Below, one piece after another: positions 9,496 to 18,634 of a stretch of DNA of 32,000 nt. This stretch comes from Synechococcus elongatus PCC 6301. Lineage in GTDB: Bacteria; Cyanobacteriota; Cyanobacteriia; Synechococcales; Synechococcaceae. Under the pieces are notes generated by a model that worked only from the letters and a program-made list of their open reading frames with translations, did no database searches and had not been told where the DNA came from. The DNA lies in assembly GCF_000010065.1 (NCBI RefSeq), contig NC_006576.1, forward strand, positions 2,040,001 to 2,072,000. Reading direction: 5' to 3'. The first letter of the stretch is position 1. Every line of letters begins with the position of its first letter. The position numbers and the translations under genes were made by a program.

Positions 9496-10899
9496 ATGGC
9501 TGCCCTGTCAACTGCCTCCTCTCTTCAGTCATTCAGCGAGCTGCTGGCTTGGGTTCGTCCTGCTCTAGAGGCGACGCCAACGGCTCGACTCCTGAGCCTA
9601 TCGCTGCCGTTACCCCGTCTTGATCCGCTGGCTGCATGGGGTGTGTTGGGTAGTAGTCGCGATCGCCACTACTACCAAGAGCGTCCCGCCACCCAAGAGG
9701 CGATCGTGGCTGTAGGGCCAGCAGCCCTGCTGGAACTGAATGGACCCCAGCGCTTTCAGCAGGCCCAGACCTTTATCAATGCCTGTCTTGCTCAGGGGCT
9801 GCGCTTACAGGCCGAAGGTGCAACTCTAGGGCCGAGTTTCTGTTGCAGTTTTAGTTTTTTTGAAGATGTTGCAGGGACAGCGCCAGCAGCTCCGGCGACG
9901 GTCTTTTTGCCACGTTGGCAGGTGCGTTGCCAAGCTGATCGCACGGTACTGACGGCCAGTTTTGCAATCGCCGATCGCGAGAGCTATCGCCAACGGCTGG
10001 AAGAAGTCTGGCAGGTCTATCAACATCTGCGGGCGATCGCCCAGCAACCGTTTCAGCTGCCGCCGCTGCGTCCCAATCGCTGGCTAGAGCAACAGAGCAG
10101 TGATCCCCAGTCCTTTCGAGCCGGTGTAGAAACGGTCTTAGCTGAGATTGCGGCCGGTCGTCTCCATAAGGGCGTCTTGGCGCGCTGTCTAGAGGCGATC
10201 GCAGAATTTGCGATCGTGCCGGAAGGCGTGCTCGATCGCCTGCGGCAGCGTTTTGCTGACTGCGCCATCTTCAGCTGCGGCGATGGTCGGGGCAGTGTTT
10301 TCCTCGGGGCAACGCCCGAACGCTTAGCGGCGGTGGAAGCGGGTCAACTGGTGACTGAGGCGCTGGCGGGTTCTGCCCCACGGGGTGAAACCATTGCGGC
10401 TGATCAAGCCCTTGGGCAGGCGCTGCAAGCCAACCCCAAGGAACTGCAAGAACATCAGCTGGTGGCGCAATTTATCCGCCAAACCCTGCAGGAACTTGGC
10501 CTTGAGCCTCACTTGAGCGATCGGCCCCAACTGCGTCGCCTGTCGAACATTCAACACCTGCACACCCCGATCGCCGCTCCACTGCCCGCTGCTCTGCCTC
10601 TACTGGATGTTGTGGCTCAGCTCCATCCCACGCCAGCCGTTGCGGGGTTACCCAAGCAGGCTGCCGAACAGGCGATTCGTCGGCTGGAACCCTTTGAGCG
10701 ATCGCTTTACGCTGCACCGGTTGGCTGGGTGGATGACCAAGGAAACGGGGAATTCTTAGTCGGGATTCGCTCGGCGTCGATTCAAGGGAATCGGGTGCGT
10801 CTCTGTGCGGGTGCCGGCATTGTGCCGGGGTCTCAACCCGATCAGGAACTCGTTGAAGTCGATCTCAAGCTCCAGGCCATGCTCGGCGCGCTGATCTGA
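9496..10899 (+). CDS. menF: Isochorismate synthase
   Basis: Chorismate-binding family motifs: ILARCLEA-like GVLARCLEA, FLGATPERL, GSAPRGET, ELQEHQLVA, LRRLSNIQHLHTPI, LHPTPAVAG, YAAPVGWVDDQGNGEF, IRLCAGAGIVPGSQPDQE-like. HPTPAVAG supports isochorismate over anthranilate synthase. Confidence 0.92.
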   Translation: MAALSTASSLQSFSELLAWVRPALEATPTARLLSLSLPLPRLDPLAAWGVLGSSRDRHYYQERPATQEAIVAVGPAALLELNGPQRFQQAQTFINACLAQGLRLQAEGATLGPSFCCSFSFFEDVAGTAPAAPATVFLPRWQVRCQADRTVLTASFAIADRESYRQRLEEVWQVYQHLRAIAQQPFQLPPLRPNRWLEQQSSDPQSFRAGVETVLAEIAAGRLHKGVLARCLEAIAEFAIVPEGVLDRLRQRFADCAIFSCGDGRGSVFLGATPERLAAVEAGQLVTEALAGSAPRGETIAADQALGQALQANPKELQEHQLVAQFIRQTLQELGLEPHLSDRPQLRRLSNIQHLHTPIAAPLPAALPLLDVVAQLHPTPAVAGLPKQAAEQAIRRLEPFERSLYAAPVGWVDDQGNGEFLVGIRSASIQGNRVRLCAGAGIVPGSQPDQELVEVDLKLQAMLGALI

Positions 10900-10927
10900 A
10901 TCTCGTCCCATCTGAGGAGATGCACTC

Positions 10928-11332
10928 ATGACTGCCCGTCTACTCTTGGCTTACCCAACCCCCGACAGTGCTCGCCCACTTAGTCGCGAGGCGATCGTGG
11001 CGCTGCTGCAAATGGGCTTGAGTGGCCCCGATGCTGACGCCAGCGTCGAAGGACTGGATCATCCGGCTTGGATCGCGGCGGTGCATTGGGATCCCAATCA
11101 TCTGTCGCCCGCCCAGCTCGGCCAGCGGATTCTCTTGCTGCTCGAACGCCATTGCGCCCCACCCTTGTCCCAGCGGCTGGTTTTGCAAGGGGAGCGTCAA
11201 CCTAGCAGTCCTCCGCCCTACGAAGCGCTCTGGCACGTCCAAGCCTGGGTCAAACAGCCCAACGGGCTGAGCTCCCAGCAGAGTGAGTCACAGTTTTGTC
11301 TATTGGGAACGGAACTGAATCAGGAAGTCTGA
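10928..11332 (+). CDS. Hypothetical protein downstream of menF
   Basis: 134-aa ATG ORF in line with menF with protein-like composition and no motif I recognise. Confidence 0.6.
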   Translation: MTARLLLAYPTPDSARPLSREAIVALLQMGLSGPDADASVEGLDHPAWIAAVHWDPNHLSPAQLGQRILLLLERHCAPPLSQRLVLQGERQPSSPPPYEALWHVQAWVKQPNGLSSQQSESQFCLLGTELNQEV

Positions 11333-12960
11333 AGCTCAGCAACAGTCTCCACCAGAATCATGGGAACCGTGCTGACATCCAACAGCGCTTGCGAGACGGA
11401 GCCGAGGCGCATTTCGGGGCGGTGTGATTGTTCGTGCTTGCCGAGAATGATTTCGTCGGCCTGCCACTCCTGGGCACAGCGATTAATGGTTTCGGGAATC
11501 GCCCCTTCCCGCAGCCAGAACTGATAGCGAATATCAGCGAGCGATTGCTCAATCTGCCGCTGCAAGGTTTGCAACGATTGTGTGTCACTGACTTGGGCGA
11601 CGTGAAGCACGGCCACTTCTGCATCGGAACGCCGGGCCAGTTCTGCCGTTTTGAGCAACACTGCGATCGCAACGGGTGAGCTATCGACAGCCGCTAGCAA
11701 GCGGACTGGGCGATCGCGACTAACCTGGCTGGGATCTACCGGATCGCGACTGAGTAGGCGAGGGGCAAAGGTCGGAATTGCCCAAGCTCCCAAGGGCGCG
11801 GTAATTACGATCGACAGCACTGCGATCGCCAGAATGCTCTGACCTTCCGGTAGCCCTGCGGCAAGGGGAACACCCCCAATCGCGGCTTGTACCGTCGCTT
11901 TAGCCGAATTGCCAGCGAGCAGAAAACTGCGCTCCTGCCAGTTCCAGTTGCTGCCCCAAGTGGAGAGCGCCCAACCGATACTGCGACCGAGCAGCGTTCC
12001 TAGAACCAAGATCAGCAGACCTGGCAACCAGAGACTTGCCAGCGCGGTTAGGGGTAAACCCGCTCCGAGCAGAACAAACAGGGCAATTTGGGCGATCGCC
12101 CAGAGACTATCGAAGCCCTGCCGTAGCCGACGCGCTAACGGGGCATACAGCTCCACCACGAAATAACCCAAGACCATCACGGCTAAATAGCCGGAAAAAA
12201 TCGGGAGCTGCTCGGCGGCAAGGACTAAACCCAGCGCGATCGCAGCTGTGACCAACGTGTCTTGGGTCAGGGTTTGGGTCCAGTTTTGGGGACCCAGCAT
12301 GCGAACCAGCAGTCGCGCCACAACGAAGCCCAAGACGGCACCCAAGCTAACTTGCAGAAGCACTTGCAACGGCAGCAACAGCCAAGGATTGACTGGCCCC
12401 AACCCCGGTAGCGTCCAAATGTGCGCATTGCCTTGGGTCAGCAGCGCCAGCAGCAGACTAAACACCAACAGCAGCAAGACATCTGAGAGGGCGCTCCCCG
12501 TTAAGATTGCATCGGGAATGCCCTTGCGAACCCCTAGTCCCAGTTGCTTGAGCCGCAGCATGCCTGGAACGATCACTGCGGGTGATTCCGCCCCAATCAC
12601 ACACCCCAGCAGCAGCCCTGTGAGCCAGTCAAAATTCAGCAGATAATGTGCCGCGATCGCAATCACTACGGCTTCGCAGGCCGCGGGCAAAATCCCTAAA
12701 CGCAGCGCGACTGAGCCTTGCTGGACCAGCTTGTCCCGCTCTAGTCCCAGACCTGCCTTGACCAGAATGACCATCACTGCCAAGGTGCGCCAGATGCCTG
12801 CCTGGTCAAGCACTGCAGGGCTCAACCACTGACTAACCTGCGGCCCCAACACGATACCCCAGAGAATCATGCCAATTAGCGCTGGGGCACCCAACCGACG
12901 CGCGATTTGACCGGCCAAAAAGCCGCCCAATAAAATTCCAATCCAATTCGCCAACATCAC
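11320..12960 (-). CDS. Cation:proton antiporter (CPA2-type) with C-terminal universal stress protein domain
   Basis: About 12 hydrophobic segments (GGFLAGQIARRLGAPALIGMILWGIVLGP, GLGLERDKL, GAVLGFVVARLLVRMLG) followed by a UspA-like tail (RLLAAVDSSPVAIAVLLKTAELARRSDAEVAVLHVAQ...ADEIILGKHE...LGSVSQALLDVSTVPMILVE). Confidence 0.87.
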   Translation of the reverse strand: MMLANWIGILLGGFLAGQIARRLGAPALIGMILWGIVLGPQVSQWLSPAVLDQAGIWRTLAVMVILVKAGLGLERDKLVQQGSVALRLGILPAACEAVVIAIAAHYLLNFDWLTGLLLGCVIGAESPAVIVPGMLRLKQLGLGVRKGIPDAILTGSALSDVLLLLVFSLLLALLTQGNAHIWTLPGLGPVNPWLLLPLQVLLQVSLGAVLGFVVARLLVRMLGPQNWTQTLTQDTLVTAAIALGLVLAAEQLPIFSGYLAVMVLGYFVVELYAPLARRLRQGFDSLWAIAQIALFVLLGAGLPLTALASLWLPGLLILVLGTLLGRSIGWALSTWGSNWNWQERSFLLAGNSAKATVQAAIGGVPLAAGLPEGQSILAIAVLSIVITAPLGAWAIPTFAPRLLSRDPVDPSQVSRDRPVRLLAAVDSSPVAIAVLLKTAELARRSDAEVAVLHVAQVSDTQSLQTLQRQIEQSLADIRYQFWLREGAIPETINRCAQEWQADEIILGKHEQSHRPEMRLGSVSQALLDVSTVPMILVETVAELQTS

Positions 12961-13222
12961 GCTGATTCCTTCAATTCAGCTTGCGTGTGTGGCTAGGGAA
13001 AAGCTTGAACGATGCACTCGCTACAGATCTTGCCCTAGCCAGAACTGTAGGAGCCATCAGCGATCGGGCCATGCCGAGTGCGCGGTTGAGGTGAGCTCCA
13101 TCACCCTGCTTGTAGCTTACGGGATGGCGAGGGTGTGCAGCCAGCGCAGCGGCCAGATGTTCTTCAGCCAGCCCAACGATCTCGCCTGCAATGGACGAAC
13201 TTCCAGCTAGCGATCCTGATTG

Positions 13223-13666
13223 TCAGGCTTCCCGCAACCAGGCCCAGGCAACTTGATTGAGCTTCAGCCCGATCGCAAAAAGCAACCCCATTAGAAAGAT
13301 TTGGTGAGCAACGACCGGTTGTACGGCAATATCTGCCAAGAGATGGGAAAAGTTGAGAACGGAATAGAGAACGGTGAAGCCGAAATGCCAGCGACGGTAG
13401 GGGCGATCGCGGCGCTCGGCTGTCATGGCAATGAGCAACATCGGGATTGCAAAAAAGATCAGCATCCCCCAAAAGATCCCGCCGAGAATTTGGTCGGTCT
13501 GTTGGCTCTCGACCACAACTGTGCGGCCGTGAAAGAGCGGCATCAGCCCGAGCTGGGTGTGAAAAAGGATCCCCAGCAGGAAGCTACTCCAAAGGCTGAT
13601 GATCTGGAGCGGGCGATCGGGTTTCACGAGACGACACCAGCCAAGTTGTGCAACTAGCTTGCGCAA
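13223..13666 (-). CDS. Hypothetical integral membrane protein
   Basis: 147-aa ORF with about 4 hydrophobic segments and no recognised motif. Confidence 0.7.
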   Translation of the reverse strand: MRKLVAQLGWCRLVKPDRPLQIISLWSSFLLGILFHTQLGLMPLFHGRTVVVESQQTDQILGGIFWGMLIFFAIPMLLIAMTAERRDRPYRRWHFGFTVLYSVLNFSHLLADIAVQPVVAHQIFLMGLLFAIGLKLNQVAWAWLREA

Positions 13667-13711
13667 TTCGGTCTAGGACTCTGCCGATTCACCCCATTCT
13701 TTTCAACTGTC

Positions 13712-14512
13712 TTATGAGGCGATCGCGATCGGGTGGGTTGCCGATGGTGCTACAACCTCGCCTTCCGCTAGAACCAGCAGATCACCCGGCTTGAGAACCG
13801 TCCAAACCTCGTCTTGGGTGAGGGGGCGGGTAGCAATGATGCTGACTACATCGCTGGGACTGGTGCAGCCAGAGAAATCGATCGCGTGATCTTCATCGAT
13901 CAAGCTGGCTCGGGTGAAGGGATAGCGCCGCGTCACCCACGCTAAAGCTGTTGAGCAATGGGCGTAGAGGTAGCGGCCGTCGCCCAATAGAAAGTTGACG
14001 ATGCTGGGGCTGGGAAAGCGATCGCTGAGGTCGCGCAGAATCGGTAGCACTTGCTCGGGCTGCGGTTCTGTTAAGTGGGTAAGGCGATCGAGGATCCAGC
14101 AGAACAGATGTTCGCTATCGGTCTCGCCTTGGGGCTGGTAGCGCCCCAGAGGACAGCGATCGCGCAGCAGGTCAAAGTCGATATGGCCATTGTGCGCAAA
14201 CACCCATTCGCGATCGCCCAGTCGCTGGGAAAAGGGGTGGCAATTGCGGCGATCGATCGTGCCTTGCGTCGCCTTGCGAATATGCGAAAGGGCTAGCTTG
14301 GATCGAATCGGGATTTTGCGAAATACATCGGCGAGGGGCGACTCGGCCGCTGGTTCTGGGTCCCGCACCCGCAGTAGGCGATCGCCCAGATAAAATGCAC
14401 AGCCCCAGCCATCGCGATGCTCTCCTGTCCGGCCACCTCGGGCCGAAAATCCCCGGAACGAAAAGCAGAGATCAGTGGGGGTGTTGGCACTCATCCCCAG
14501 GAGTTCGCACAT
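13712..14512 (-). CDS. Class II glutamine amidotransferase (YafJ-like)
   Basis: MCELLGMSANTPTDLCFSFRGFSARGGRTGEHRDGWGCAFY...KLALSHIRKATQGTIDRRNCHPFSQRLGDREWVFAHNGHID...DSEHLFCWIL. Confidence 0.9.
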   Translation of the reverse strand: MCELLGMSANTPTDLCFSFRGFSARGGRTGEHRDGWGCAFYLGDRLLRVRDPEPAAESPLADVFRKIPIRSKLALSHIRKATQGTIDRRNCHPFSQRLGDREWVFAHNGHIDFDLLRDRCPLGRYQPQGETDSEHLFCWILDRLTHLTEPQPEQVLPILRDLSDRFPSPSIVNFLLGDGRYLYAHCSTALAWVTRRYPFTRASLIDEDHAIDFSGCTSPSDVVSIIATRPLTQDEVWTVLKPGDLLVLAEGEVVAPSATHPIAIAS

Positions 14513-14688
14513 CGCTGTTCACCTCGGAACTGTGGGCTGCTGCTGATTTAACTCTAGGAGTCGATGGCGATTTTGCTACCGCCGTTGCTTTTTGCAAATT
14601 TTTCAACAGCGGTAAAGTAATCCGCCGTCGCGATCGCAGGTTTGAGACGAGACGACGACCTCAGCGACAATCGAAAGATTACTTGGGA

Positions 14689-15474
14689 ATGCCAATGTCT
14701 GATGCCATCCTCCGCCTTTACACCGATGGCGCTTGTACGGGCAATCCAGGGCCGGGCGGTTGGGGGGTGCAAATTCAATTTGCCGATGGCACGGTGCAAG
14801 AGCTGGGTGGGCGTGACGCTGCCACAACTAATAACCGGATGGAGTTGCAGGCTGCGATCGCGGCCTTAGAGTTCTGGCGCGATCACTCTGACCAGCAACC
14901 CGTCACCCTCTACACCGACAGCGAATACGTGATCAAAGGGATCACCCAATGGCTGAAGGGGTGGCAGCGCAAGGGTTGGAAAACGGCGGCGGGTAAGCCG
15001 GTGCTCAACCAGGACTTATGGATGCACTTGGATGACCTCAATTCACCCGCAGCGCAATGGCAATATGTGCGCGGCCATAGCGGCGATCCGGGCAATGAGC
15101 GTTGCGATCAAATTGCCCGTAGTTTTGCTCAGCAACGTCCGTTACCACTCTGCCAACGGTCTGATGCACCACTACAATCGGGGCAACCGCAGCAGGAGCC
15201 CGTTCGGATGCCTGAAGTTGTGACCCAAGAGTGGAGCAGTAACCCTCGCGATCGCAGTCAACGCCTGCGCGATGTGCTGGACTGCTTGCAAATTGCTGCA
15301 GCAATTGCTGAGCAGCAATTTTTGATCACGAGTTCAGAGCTGGCTGACCTGATGGATGTCAACGCCAGTGCGGTCACCAGTCGGGGCGAAGAGTGGATTT
15401 GGCGCAACTGGCGGGTGAAGCGCGATCGCCGTGAAGGCAATCAAATCCTCTGGCAGCTCGAGCGCATTCATTGA
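14689..15474 (+). CDS. rnhA: Ribonuclease HI with C-terminal extension
   Basis: LRLYTDGACTGNPGPGGWGV, TTNNRMELQAAIAALEF, VTLYTDSEYVIKGI, YVRGHSGDPGNERCDQIA. A roughly 110-aa extension follows the catalytic domain. Likely start is ATG 14689 or 14695; the ORF-track start at 14395 overlaps the divergent amidotransferase. Confidence 0.93.
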   Translation: MPMSDAILRLYTDGACTGNPGPGGWGVQIQFADGTVQELGGRDAATTNNRMELQAAIAALEFWRDHSDQQPVTLYTDSEYVIKGITQWLKGWQRKGWKTAAGKPVLNQDLWMHLDDLNSPAAQWQYVRGHSGDPGNERCDQIARSFAQQRPLPLCQRSDAPLQSGQPQQEPVRMPEVVTQEWSSNPRDRSQRLRDVLDCLQIAAAIAEQQFLITSSELADLMDVNASAVTSRGEEWIWRNWRVKRDRREGNQILWQLERIH

Positions 15475-15530
15475 CAGTGCTTCAGAGCAGGACCTGTGCC
15501 TAGTTCCGTAGTCCACCATTCCCCTGCGCT

Positions 15531-15550
15531 GATAAGTAGTATTACTTATC
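15531..15550. promoter_or_regulatory. Perfect 8-bp inverted repeat (GATAAGTA-GTAT-TACTTATC)
   Basis: Read directly in the rnhA / 15601 intergenic region. Confidence 0.5.
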
Positions 15551-15561
15551 CCAAAAGCCAA

Positions 15562-15581
15562 CCCTAGAGCACACTCTAGGG
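15562..15581. terminator. Perfect 8-bp hairpin CCCTAGAG-CACA-CTCTAGGG (possible rnhA terminator, no clear T-run)
   Basis: Read directly 3' of rnhA and just 5' of the 61-aa ORF. Confidence 0.4.
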
Positions 15582-15600
15582 ATCGTGCTAGATCAGGAGA

Positions 15601-15786
15601 ATGGAAAAAGGGTGGTTCCTGGCGATCGCAGCCAGCCTGATCGCTTGCTTGCTACTGGCGGATCTGCCGACCTTTCTTAGCCATCACACTTGGATGGGAC
15701 TCGTTGCTGATGGCATGGGGCTTTTGTTGTGGATCCTCGCGCCAGTGATTGCTGTTTGGATTGCGGCTCAAAACAGCCGTTACTGA
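15601..15786 (+). CDS. Small two-helix membrane protein, hypothetical (61 aa)
   Basis: ATG ORF preceded by AGGAGA, with two hydrophobic helices (GWFLAIAASLIACLLLADL and LVADGMGLLLWILAPVIAVWIA). Confidence 0.6.
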   Translation: MEKGWFLAIAASLIACLLLADLPTFLSHHTWMGLVADGMGLLLWILAPVIAVWIAAQNSRY

Positions 15787-15838
15787 AGCTGCCAGAGGGC
15801 TTCGGCTAAGGTGAAACTGCAGGCTCGGAGCAAAGTGC

Positions 15839-17050
15839 ATGCAAAGTGGCTGGCGGATTGGCTCCATTTTGGGCATCCCGCTCAGGATCGATCCTTCTTG
15901 GTTTGTGATCGTGGCACTCGTCACGTTCAGCTATTCCGAAACCTTCCGATCGCAGCAGCCGACTTGGTCGCCGGGGCTGTTGTGGGGGGCTGCCCTCGTC
16001 ATGGCCTTGCTGCTGTTTGCCTCTGTCTTGGCCCATGAGTTGGGGCACAGTCTGATTGCCCGCGCCCAAGGGATTCGCGTCAGCTCGATCACGCTCTTCC
16101 TCTTTGGTGGTGTCGCGGCCATTGAGCGCGAGTCGCGGACCCCGGGGGGCGCTTTTTGGGTCGCGATCGCGGGGCCGTTGGTCAGCTTTGCCTTGGCGTT
16201 GTTACTGCTGATCAGTCAGCTGTGGTGGCCAGCAGGTTCACCAGCGCAAGTTTTATCTCTCAATCTGGGGCGACTGAGCTTTATCTTGGCGGTGTTTAAT
16301 CTCATCCCGGGGTTGCCCTTGGATGGTGGTCAGGTGCTCAAGGCGATCGCCTGGAAAGTGACGGGCGATCGCTATCGGGCGGTGCATTGGGCTGCGAACT
16401 CAGGTCGGATTCTCAGTGCGATTGCCATGGCGATCGGGCTATTTAGCTGGTTTTTGGGGCCCGGCGGTTTTAGCGGCGTGTGGCTGGCGCTGTTGGGCTG
16501 GTTTGGCTGGCGTAATGCCACGGCCTACGATCGCACCACCACCTTGCAACAGGCGATCCTGGCGATCGGCGCCAGCGAAGCGATGAGTCGTCGCTATCGG
16601 GTGCTGGAAGGATCACTGACCTTACGGCAGTTTGCGGAGCTGCTGATCACTGAAGAGCAGGAAGGATTTGCCTACTTTGTGGCTAGTGACGGGCGCTATC
16701 GGGGTCGGATTAGCTTAGCGACCCTGCGGCAAACTGAGCGATCGCAGTGGGATCGGCTGACCTTAACGGATTTAGCAGAACCGTTCGACCGCTTGCCTGC
16801 GCTGCCCGAGACGGCCAATCTAGCCCAAGCGATCGCTGCTTTGCAAACAGCCCAGCCCAGCTACGTCACAGTTCTGACTCCCAGTGGCGCGGTCGCCGGC
16901 ATCATTGACCATGCCGATGTGATTCAAGCCCTCGGCAAAAAACTGGGCTTTCAGCTCCCCCCTGCCGAACTCCAGCAGATTCGGGGCCGTGCCGCCTATC
17001 CCGATGGACTGCCGCTAGAAATGCTGGCGCAGTCAGTTCTAAACAACTGA
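15839..17050 (+). CDS. Site-2 protease family (M50) metalloprotease with C-terminal CBS-type region
   Basis: FASVLAHELGHSLIARAQG (HExxH), FNLIPGLPLDGGQVLKA (NxxPxxPLDGG), multiple TMs, then CBS-like segments (SYVTVLTPSGAVAGIIDHADVIQAL). Confidence 0.92.
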   Translation: MQSGWRIGSILGIPLRIDPSWFVIVALVTFSYSETFRSQQPTWSPGLLWGAALVMALLLFASVLAHELGHSLIARAQGIRVSSITLFLFGGVAAIERESRTPGGAFWVAIAGPLVSFALALLLLISQLWWPAGSPAQVLSLNLGRLSFILAVFNLIPGLPLDGGQVLKAIAWKVTGDRYRAVHWAANSGRILSAIAMAIGLFSWFLGPGGFSGVWLALLGWFGWRNATAYDRTTTLQQAILAIGASEAMSRRYRVLEGSLTLRQFAELLITEEQEGFAYFVASDGRYRGRISLATLRQTERSQWDRLTLTDLAEPFDRLPALPETANLAQAIAALQTAQPSYVTVLTPSGAVAGIIDHADVIQALGKKLGFQLPPAELQQIRGRAAYPDGLPLEMLAQSVLNN

Positions 17051-17102
17051 AGTTGCCGGGCTGGCAGTGCTACGATCGCCGCCAAAAGCTTGGATTTGCA
17101 CG

Positions 17103-17540
17103 ATGGCTTTGACTGTAGGTACTGCTGCACCCGACTTTACCGCTCTCGATGATGCGGGCCAGAGCATTCAGCTCTCGCAATTCCGAGGCAAGACGATCGT
17201 TCTCTACTTCTATCCGAAGGACGATACCCCTGGCTGCACCAAAGAGGCTTGCAGCTTCCGTGATTCCTACAGCGCCTACCAAGGTAAAGACATTATTGTC
17301 TTGGGCGTCAGCACGGATGATTCCAGCTCCCACGAACAATTTAAGACCAAGTTCAGCTTGCCCTTCCCGCTGGTGGCGGACCCCGATCGCAGCATCACTC
17401 AGGCTTACGATGTCGATGGCGGCGGCTACGCCAAGCGCGTCACCTACGTGATTGACGGCGAAGGCCAAATTATTCGCGTCTACGACAGCGTCAAAACGGA
17501 CACCCATGCCGGCGACATCCTCGCTGACCTAGGACTCTAG
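17103..17540 (+). CDS. bcp: Thioredoxin-dependent peroxiredoxin (bacterioferritin comigratory protein / PrxQ type)
   Basis: MALTVGTAAPDFTALDDAGQSIQLSQFRGKTIVLYFYPKDDTPGCTKEACSFRD...VLGVSTDDSSSHEQFKTKFSLPFPLVAD. Confidence 0.95.
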   Translation: MALTVGTAAPDFTALDDAGQSIQLSQFRGKTIVLYFYPKDDTPGCTKEACSFRDSYSAYQGKDIIVLGVSTDDSSSHEQFKTKFSLPFPLVADPDRSITQAYDVDGGGYAKRVTYVIDGEGQIIRVYDSVKTDTHAGDILADLGL

Positions 17541-17556
17541 GCGACCGCCCAGATCG

Positions 17557-17588
17557 GCGGGGTCAGGCAGTCCCTCGACCCCGCTTTT
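17557..17588 (+). terminator. Putative Rho-independent terminator after bcp
   Basis: GCGGGGTC (17557-17564), 12-nt loop, GACCCCGC (17577-17584), TTTT. Confidence 0.6.
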
Positions 17589-17670
17589 GGCCGTTCCCGA
17601 TGAGCCTTGACAGCCGATCAAACTGGAGTGTGTTTCCCTAGAGGCATCTGACCATTCAGTCTGGGCCTTC

Positions 17671-18585
17671 TTGTTAAGGAGCAATGTTCTGAAGCAACGT
17701 GCCCTCTTGCTCGTTAATCGGCGATCGCGCCGAGGTCGTAAGCTGCTCAAACCAGCGATCGCGCAGCTGGAAGCGGCTGGGTTTGAGTTGGTTCAACCCT
17801 ACCTCGATCGTCACAGTGATTATTCGGAGCTAATTACAGCCCACCGCGATCGCGTCGATCTGGTCATTATTGGGGGCGGCGACGGCAGCCTCAACGCCGC
17901 AGCCCGAGGGCTTGTTGAAACGCAGCTTCCCTTAGGAGTTTTGCCCCTCGGTACCGCGAATGATCTGGCTCGCACCCTGGCCCTACCGACGGATCTCAGT
18001 CAAGCCTGCCAAGTCATTGCCCGAGGGCAAACCCAAGCCGTCGACCTCGGTTGGGTCAACGGTTACTACTTTTTTAACGTCGCTAGTTTGGGGCTGAGCG
18101 TCAAAATTACCCAGGGCTTGACCTCGGGCGTCAAGCGCCGTTGGGGTGTCCTGGCCTACGCTCTCGTCGCTCTGCGATCGCTCTGGCGTTTCCGCCCTTT
18201 TCGCGCCGAGATTCAGATTGGCGATCGCCGGCTCCAGACTAAAACTGTCCAGATTGCAGTTGGCAATGGTCGCTACTACGGCGGTGGGCTCTCCGTCGCC
18301 CACGATGCTGCGATCGATGATCAACGACTCGATCTCTATAGTCTCTCGATCAATCACTGGTGGCAGATTGTTCCCTTGCTACCATCGCTCTATCACGGGC
18401 GTTACCCTTCGCCGCTGACAGAGCAATGTGGCCCAGGCGAGACCATTGAAATCCGCACCCGTCGTCATCGCCACATCAACACAGATGGTGAAATCCACAC
18501 CACGACGCCTGCTCAATTTCGTGTCATTCCCCAAGCGCTGCGAATTTTTGTGCCAGTTACAGCGGCGTCGCCCCCAACACTGTGA
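17671..18585 (+). CDS. Diacylglycerol/lipid kinase family protein (YegS/BmrU-like)
   Basis: RALLLVNRRSRRG...VDLVIIGGGDGSLNAAARGLVETQLPLGVLPLGTANDLARTLALP...DGEIHTTTPAQFRVIPQALRIFVP. The ORF has no in-frame ATG near its start; TTG 17671, CTG 17689 or TTG 17707 are possible. Confidence 0.88.
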   Translation: MLRSNVLKQRALLLVNRRSRRGRKLLKPAIAQLEAAGFELVQPYLDRHSDYSELITAHRDRVDLVIIGGGDGSLNAAARGLVETQLPLGVLPLGTANDLARTLALPTDLSQACQVIARGQTQAVDLGWVNGYYFFNVASLGLSVKITQGLTSGVKRRWGVLAYALVALRSLWRFRPFRAEIQIGDRRLQTKTVQIAVGNGRYYGGGLSVAHDAAIDDQRLDLYSLSINHWWQIVPLLPSLYHGRYPSPLTEQCGPGETIEIRTRRHRHINTDGEIHTTTPAQFRVIPQALRIFVPVTAASPPTL

Positions 18586-18634
18586 TGCTTTTCCCCGATT
18601 CGCTACCCTGAATCCAGCAGTGAGGCGTTAATCC

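Noticed and set aside
12989-13210. 73-aa plus-strand ORF in the gap upstream of the antiporter
   Set aside because: Composition is not protein-like. Other frames on the minus strand are equally open, so no CDS can be supported.
14395-14688. N-terminal extension of rnhA in the ORF track
   Set aside because: Overlaps the 5' end of the glutamine amidotransferase gene and lacks similarity to RNase HI. The internal ATG at 14689 or 14695 fits the family start.
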